From an uncultured Alphaproteobacteria bacterium (lineage in GTDB: Bacteria > Electryoneota > RPQS01 > DYHQ01), in the NCBI GenBank assembly GCA_965372735.1, contig CBDVDL010000001.1, positions 1 through 28,063 of the forward strand: DNA of 28,063 nt, given 5' to 3'. Positions 23,472 through 28,063 of the stretch are shown one piece after another. Position 1 is the first letter of the stretch. Each line of letters opens with the position of its first letter. The notes beneath the pieces were generated by a model. It made no database searches, was not told the DNA's origin, and worked only from the letters and a program-made list of their open reading frames with translations. The position numbers were made by a program, and so were the translations under genes.

Positions 23472-24662
23472 ATGATAGGTGACTTCGAGCGCACTGAACA
23501 CAAAATGGATAACGCGGTCTTCTACTCCTGGCCAGCAGAATATGCAAATGCGTGTGTAGTTTTCGTGCATGGCCTCGGTGGTCATCCCAAGAAAACATGG
23601 AAGAACCTCCCAACATTCCTGATGGGAAGTGCTTTCGCGCGCAATAAGGATATTGTATCTTATTCCTATGAAACGAGTATCCTTTCTGCACGAGGTGCAA
23701 ACACAGAAGCCTGCATCGATAATTTTGTAACTTTCGCCGAAACCTTTCTATCGAGGTACGAACGTGTCTATTTTGTCACACACAGTCTGGGTTCGGTGAT
23801 TGCAATTGGATCTATTCCGATTTTGGCACAACGTAATCCCGTCTGGTCTCGAAAGATACGCGGTATTATACTTCTCGCACCGGCTCTTTGGGGTTCTAAT
23901 TGGGCTGCTTTGGTGACATTGATCAAATTGCCTCCAAGCAGGTTGGTCTACGAACTAAGACCCAATTCAGAGAAGCTAAAATCAATAAGAAAAACTTGGA
24001 GTAGCTTTAATTCAACAGCAAAAATCAACAGCGCCTTTGTTTATGGAACCCGCGATAGTGTTGTCAATCGAAACAAAGATGAAATGCATATCATGGGAGT
24101 GCAACCGTTGAGTGCCGAAACCAACCATATAAAGATATCCAAAGTCACGACGCTTAGTGATTCTCTATATGTGACGATTCTTAATGCTCTATACCGTTTC
24201 GATGGAGGCAACTACAGAGATCGGCGACAGTACATTCTTCAAACAGTCTACGATTCCAAGAAGGAAGATTGGGAATACGATGACGAGTTAGCAGAGTTTG
24301 TCTACTTGCCTGACTTCGATATACGTATTAATAAGATCGCCGATGATTCTTTTTTTGAAAAATGGCTTACAATATTCCCGGCGCACTCTCATGCAACGAT
24401 ATCCAATCCAGCAAAAAGCGAAGATTTCAACATAACTTACAAAAGACTTAGGATTCATACTTTCACAATGATAGCTGTTGACGGTCATAGATATCTCTTT
24501 CCTATGCCCAAAGGTCCAAACGACCTACGCATTACACGTCGTCAATATTGTGTCGCTAAAATAATGGAATCTCGTGGTATGTACAGGAATTTAGATCAAG
24601 GTTTGGAAATAGCTGGCTTTACTGTCGATGACAACTTAGGGGAGGGCGCTGGTGGCTTCTAA
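23472..24662 (+). CDS. Alpha/beta hydrolase (DUF676/PGAP1-like) fused to an unknown C-terminal domain
   Basis: VFVHGLGG, THSLG nucleophile elbow, APALWGS, candidate acid (GTRDSVV) and His (ETNHI). Start uncertain (23445, 23472 or 23505). Confidence 0.75.
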   Translation: MIGDFERTEHKMDNAVFYSWPAEYANACVVFVHGLGGHPKKTWKNLPTFLMGSAFARNKDIVSYSYETSILSARGANTEACIDNFVTFAETFLSRYERVYFVTHSLGSVIAIGSIPILAQRNPVWSRKIRGIILLAPALWGSNWAALVTLIKLPPSRLVYELRPNSEKLKSIRKTWSSFNSTAKINSAFVYGTRDSVVNRNKDEMHIMGVQPLSAETNHIKISKVTTLSDSLYVTILNALYRFDGGNYRDRRQYILQTVYDSKKEDWEYDDELAEFVYLPDFDIRINKIADDSFFEKWLTIFPAHSHATISNPAKSEDFNITYKRLRIHTFTMIAVDGHRYLFPMPKGPNDLRITRRQYCVAKIMESRGMYRNLDQGLEIAGFTVDDNLGEGAGGF

Positions 24663-24752
24663 TACACTGTCTTTATTCTTACAATTTACTATTATTCTGT
24701 GTAGTGAAATCCTCTTTCGGTGAAATTCAGCGTGACGTAGTTCTATAATAAT

Positions 24753-26855
24753 ATGTCTGTCCTATCACCAACAACATCCCTGAAACAACAAGCTCTGGAA
24801 TTACTGCGGCGTTCTTTGGACGACCCGCAGGCGACGTTTCGCGACGGTCAATGGGAAGCGATTGACGGTTTGGTGAGCGACAAAGCGCGGCTGCTTGTCG
24901 TGCAGCGAACCGGTTGGGGCAAGAGCGTCGTTTATTTTTTAGCGACGCGGCTTCTGCGCGATAAAGGCTCCGGCCCGACGCTGCTCATCTCGCCATTGCT
25001 TGCTCTGATGCGAAATCAAATTCTCGCGGCGGAACGTATCGGCGTGATTGCGGAAAGCATCGATTCGAGCAACACGGATGATTGGGCGCGCGTGCGAACA
25101 GAGCTTCATACAGGAAAGATTGATTTGCTGCTCGTGTCGCCGGAAAGACTCGCCAACGAGGCGTTCCGCGAGGATGTGCTGATGCCGGTGGCCGAGCGCG
25201 TTGGGCTTTTGGTCGTGGACGAAGCGCATTGCATTTCCGACTGGGGACACGATTTTCGCCCGGACTATCGCCGCATCGTTCGCATTTTGCAAGCGCTGCC
25301 GCGAAACATTCCGGTGCTGACCACGACTGCAACCGCGAATGACCGCGTGGTGGAAGATGTCGTAAATCAACTCGGCGAACTCCGGGTTGTGCGAGGGCCA
25401 CTCGCGCGAGCGAGCCTGCGCTTGCAGAATATTTCGCTGCCGAGTCAAGCCGAACGTTTGGCGTGGCTGGCCGAGCAGGTTCCAAATCTGCTCGGAAGCG
25501 GGATTATTTATACCCTGACGGTGCGGGATGCTCAGCGTGTTGCCGAGTGGCTTCAGCGGCGCGGGATTAATGCGCACGCTTACTTTGGAGATTTGGAAAC
25601 TTCTTCCCGCAAAGCTCTCGAAACGAAGCTGCTGAAAAATAAAATCAAAGCCCTCGTCGCAACGCCAGCGTTGGGGATGGGATTCGACAAACCTGATTTA
25701 GGATTTGTTATTCATTTTCAACGACCGTGCTCGGTGATTCACTATTACCAGCAAGTAGGACGAGCCGGTCGCGCGCTCGAAACAGCTCACGCGGTTTTGT
25801 TGGGCGGACGGGAAGACGATGAAATCGCTGACTATTTCTTGCGAACATCTTTCCCTCCGGAAGCGCACGTGAAATACGTGCTAAAAGCTCTCAAGAAAGA
25901 AAACAAAGGCCTTTCCATTACGGGTCTTCAGAAGAAACTCAATCTCTCTTTCACACAAATCAAAAAGGTACTGAGAGCGCTTGCCGTCGAACATCCGTCG
26001 CCCATCGCCAAGTTCGAATCGAAGTGGTATCGCACACCTGTTCGTTACACGCCAGACAAACGAAAGATCGAGCGGCTGATTCAGGTGCGGCGGCGGGAAC
26101 AGGAGCGCATGCGAGAGTTTTTGCACTCGTCGGAATGCTTGATGGCCTTTCTTCAGAAAGAATTGGATGATCCCAATCCTGAACCGTGCGGTCGCTGTGC
26201 GGTGTGCTGCGGCGCTCCGTTGCTGCCGGAAAATTATTCATCCGCCACGGTAAACGACGCGATTAAATTCCTGCAGCGATGTTACCAGAAATTCGAGCCG
26301 CGCAAATTTTGGATTGCGGATTCGCTAAGCGCACACAAATGGAAAGGACGCATTCCGGAAGAATTGCGGGCGCAGGAAGGATGGGTGCTTTGTTTGTGGG
26401 GAGACGCCAGCTGGGGAACGCTCGTTCGGCGCGGAAAACAGGATGGCCGTTTTGATGATGAACTCGTGACAGCCGCTGCGGAAATGGTGCAGCAACAATG
26501 GAAACCGAATCCACCGCCCACATGGGTGACATGTGTTCCATCTCTGCGTCACACCAAACTCGTCCCGGATTTCGCGCAGCGACTTGCGGCAGAATTACAT
26601 CTGCCGTTTATCGCGTGCCTTCATCAAAAACGTCGCGTCCCTCCACAAAAAGAAATGGCGAACAGTTACAAGCAAGCACAGAATTTGGCAGGCGTTTTCA
26701 AAGTAGCCTCCAAACAAATCCGACCGGAGCCGGTTCTGCTCGTGGATGATATGGTGGATTCACGCTGGACATTTACCGTCGTTTCCGCGCTGCTTCTCGA
26801 AGTAGGCAGTGGACAGGTTTACCCGCTCGCGCTGGGGATGACAACCGCCGGATAA
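24753..26855 (+). CDS. RecQ-family helicase with C-terminal PRTase (ComF-like) domain
   Basis: QRTGWGKS, DEAHCISDWGHDFRPDY, ALGMGFDKPD, YYQQVGRAGR, Zn-site CGRCAVC, then VLLVDDMVDSRWT PRPP-loop-like motif. Confidence 0.92.
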   Translation: MSVLSPTTSLKQQALELLRRSLDDPQATFRDGQWEAIDGLVSDKARLLVVQRTGWGKSVVYFLATRLLRDKGSGPTLLISPLLALMRNQILAAERIGVIAESIDSSNTDDWARVRTELHTGKIDLLLVSPERLANEAFREDVLMPVAERVGLLVVDEAHCISDWGHDFRPDYRRIVRILQALPRNIPVLTTTATANDRVVEDVVNQLGELRVVRGPLARASLRLQNISLPSQAERLAWLAEQVPNLLGSGIIYTLTVRDAQRVAEWLQRRGINAHAYFGDLETSSRKALETKLLKNKIKALVATPALGMGFDKPDLGFVIHFQRPCSVIHYYQQVGRAGRALETAHAVLLGGREDDEIADYFLRTSFPPEAHVKYVLKALKKENKGLSITGLQKKLNLSFTQIKKVLRALAVEHPSPIAKFESKWYRTPVRYTPDKRKIERLIQVRRREQERMREFLHSSECLMAFLQKELDDPNPEPCGRCAVCCGAPLLPENYSSATVNDAIKFLQRCYQKFEPRKFWIADSLSAHKWKGRIPEELRAQEGWVLCLWGDASWGTLVRRGKQDGRFDDELVTAAAEMVQQQWKPNPPPTWVTCVPSLRHTKLVPDFAQRLAAELHLPFIACLHQKRRVPPQKEMANSYKQAQNLAGVFKVASKQIRPEPVLLVDDMVDSRWTFTVVSALLLEVGSGQVYPLALGMTTAG

Positions 26856-26864
26856 AATATTAAT

Positions 26865-27920
26865 ATGAACACTCACATTCTAAGCACAGACACGCAGGCA
26901 ACGCTTTTGCTCTGCGGCCAATTCGGAAACGACACGACGACCATCCGCGCGTTGACGCTTTCCGAATTCAACAAATTCGAACAATGGCTCGCTGATGAAG
27001 ACTTAAGTCTATCCGATTTAATCGAGACAGATTCAGCGCAAATAATCGAAAAACTCCGGAACAGCGGCTTTGACCCGGAACGATTCGGCAGCTTGCTCAG
27101 TCGCGGAAGTGCGCTGGCGATTGCCGTCGAACAGTGGACGCAGACAGGTTTGTGGATACTCGGCCGCAACGACGAAATTTATCCGCCGTGTTTGAAAGAA
27201 CGGCTACAGAAAAAAGCGCCTGTCGTTCTTTACGGCGCGGGAAATCAATCGTTTTTATCACGCGGAGGACTCGCCGTCGTCGGTTCGAGAGACGCTGATG
27301 AAGAAGCGCTCTCTTTCGCGCGTACAGTCGGGGAAGTCTGCGCGCAGCAAGACATCCAGATTATTTCCGGTGGAGCGCGCGGAGTGGACATCGCCGCTAT
27401 GTCAGGCGCACTCGAACAAGGCGGCTCGGCCATCGGAATACTGAGCGGGAATCTTGCTCAGGAAATCGTTTCGGAGAAGAGTCGAATGTGGATTTCTGAT
27501 GACCGGCTCGTACTGCTCTCTCCCCATCCTCCACGCGCCGCCTTCAATGTTTGGAACGCGATGGAACGGAACAAACTTATTTACGCGATGGCAGATTATG
27601 CGCTTGTGGTCAGCGCGGAATTGGATAAGGGAGGCACATGGCAAGGCGCTTTGGAGAATGTGAAACACGGCTGGACGCCGCTGTTTGTCCGCGACGATGA
27701 ATACGCGCCGAAAGGAAACCGGGGACTCATCAAGCGCGGCGGCATCGCTATCGAACCGAGCGCGATTCATCCTGACGTAGCACTTCTGGACAAACTCAAA
27801 GAGCTCGCAGTGGCATGGAATACGACTCGAACCTCGAAACTCGAAAACAAGCAGCAATCGATTCTGTGGGACAAACCAGAGCCAAATAAGAAACCTAAAC
27901 GAAAAAAGAAATCCACCTAA
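26865..27920 (+). CDS. dprA: DprA/Smf (SLOG) family protein
   Basis: LAVVGSR, ISGGARGVD, AMERNKLIYA, KGGTWQGA motifs; starts 9 nt after the helicase stop. Confidence 0.9.
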   Translation: MNTHILSTDTQATLLLCGQFGNDTTTIRALTLSEFNKFEQWLADEDLSLSDLIETDSAQIIEKLRNSGFDPERFGSLLSRGSALAIAVEQWTQTGLWILGRNDEIYPPCLKERLQKKAPVVLYGAGNQSFLSRGGLAVVGSRDADEEALSFARTVGEVCAQQDIQIISGGARGVDIAAMSGALEQGGSAIGILSGNLAQEIVSEKSRMWISDDRLVLLSPHPPRAAFNVWNAMERNKLIYAMADYALVVSAELDKGGTWQGALENVKHGWTPLFVRDDEYAPKGNRGLIKRGGIAIEPSAIHPDVALLDKLKELAVAWNTTRTSKLENKQQSILWDKPEPNKKPKRKKKST

Positions 27921-27941
27921 AACCATTGCAGAGGATTGATT

Positions 27942-28063
27942 ATGGATCTTTCCAAAATCATTGACAATCTCTACAAGAACTTTTTCATGAGAGACCTGCT
28001 TTCATTTTTTACTCCCGGAGTCATCTTGGTATATACAATCCTACTAAGTCACTACGATTGGTG
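27942..28063 (+). CDS. 5' part of a probable membrane protein, truncated by the window edge
   Basis: GAGGA SD, ATG 27942, open to the end: MDLSKIIDNLYKNFFMRDLLSFFTPGVILVYTILLSHYDW. Confidence 0.55.
   Translation, partial: MDLSKIIDNLYKNFFMRDLLSFFTPGVILVYTILLSHYDW

Noticed and set aside
24744-24755. Leaderless promoter (TATAAT) just before the RecQ ATG
   Set aside because: Only 3 nt between the hexamer and ATG and no convincing -35.
206-27926. Many overlapping or antisense ORFs in the track (e.g. 206..400, 2214..2780, 6089..6616, 8901..9509, 15433..16242, 24939..25577, 27402..27926)
   Set aside because: They shadow well-supported genes in GC-rich sequence, lack SD sites and show no family motifs.
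1-28063. CRISPR array, tRNA/rRNA genes, integrase or transposase
   Set aside because: No regularly spaced repeats, no RNA-gene signatures and no recombinase or transposase motifs found by eye.

Overview
Bacterial chromosomal window, taxon not identifiable from sequence. It mixes core/metabolic genes with visibly AT-richer accessory, defence-like genes. Left part: an RRM RNA-binding protein with structured flanks, then a minus-strand, ATGA-coupled operon (corrinoid protein, homocysteine S-methyltransferase, MetH-type reactivation domain, non-pyrrolysine MttB-family methyltransferase) ending in a putative abortive-infection gene. Divergently: a selenocysteine peroxiredoxin (in-frame TGA plus SECIS-like hairpin), a GNAT and a YkoF/thiamine-binding-like protein. 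Middle: an exported TPR/Zn-peptidase gene interrupted by an in-frame TGA, a DprA/SLOG-like plus ART-like fusion, HDOD, CheW-like, XRE HTH, DapF with Ser at the first catalytic Cys, and a membrane SpoIIE phosphatase. Right part: a type IIG restriction-modification gene carrying in-frame palindromic repeats, a TPR-HEPN gene bracketed by two diverged copies of the RM gene's 3' end, a REP-like cluster, a DapL-type aminotransferase, a Zn-ribbon protein, an alpha/beta hydrolase fusion, and a RecQ-PRTase plus DprA pair (candidate ShosTA-like defence system). Family calls come from motif recognition by eye, not from database searches.
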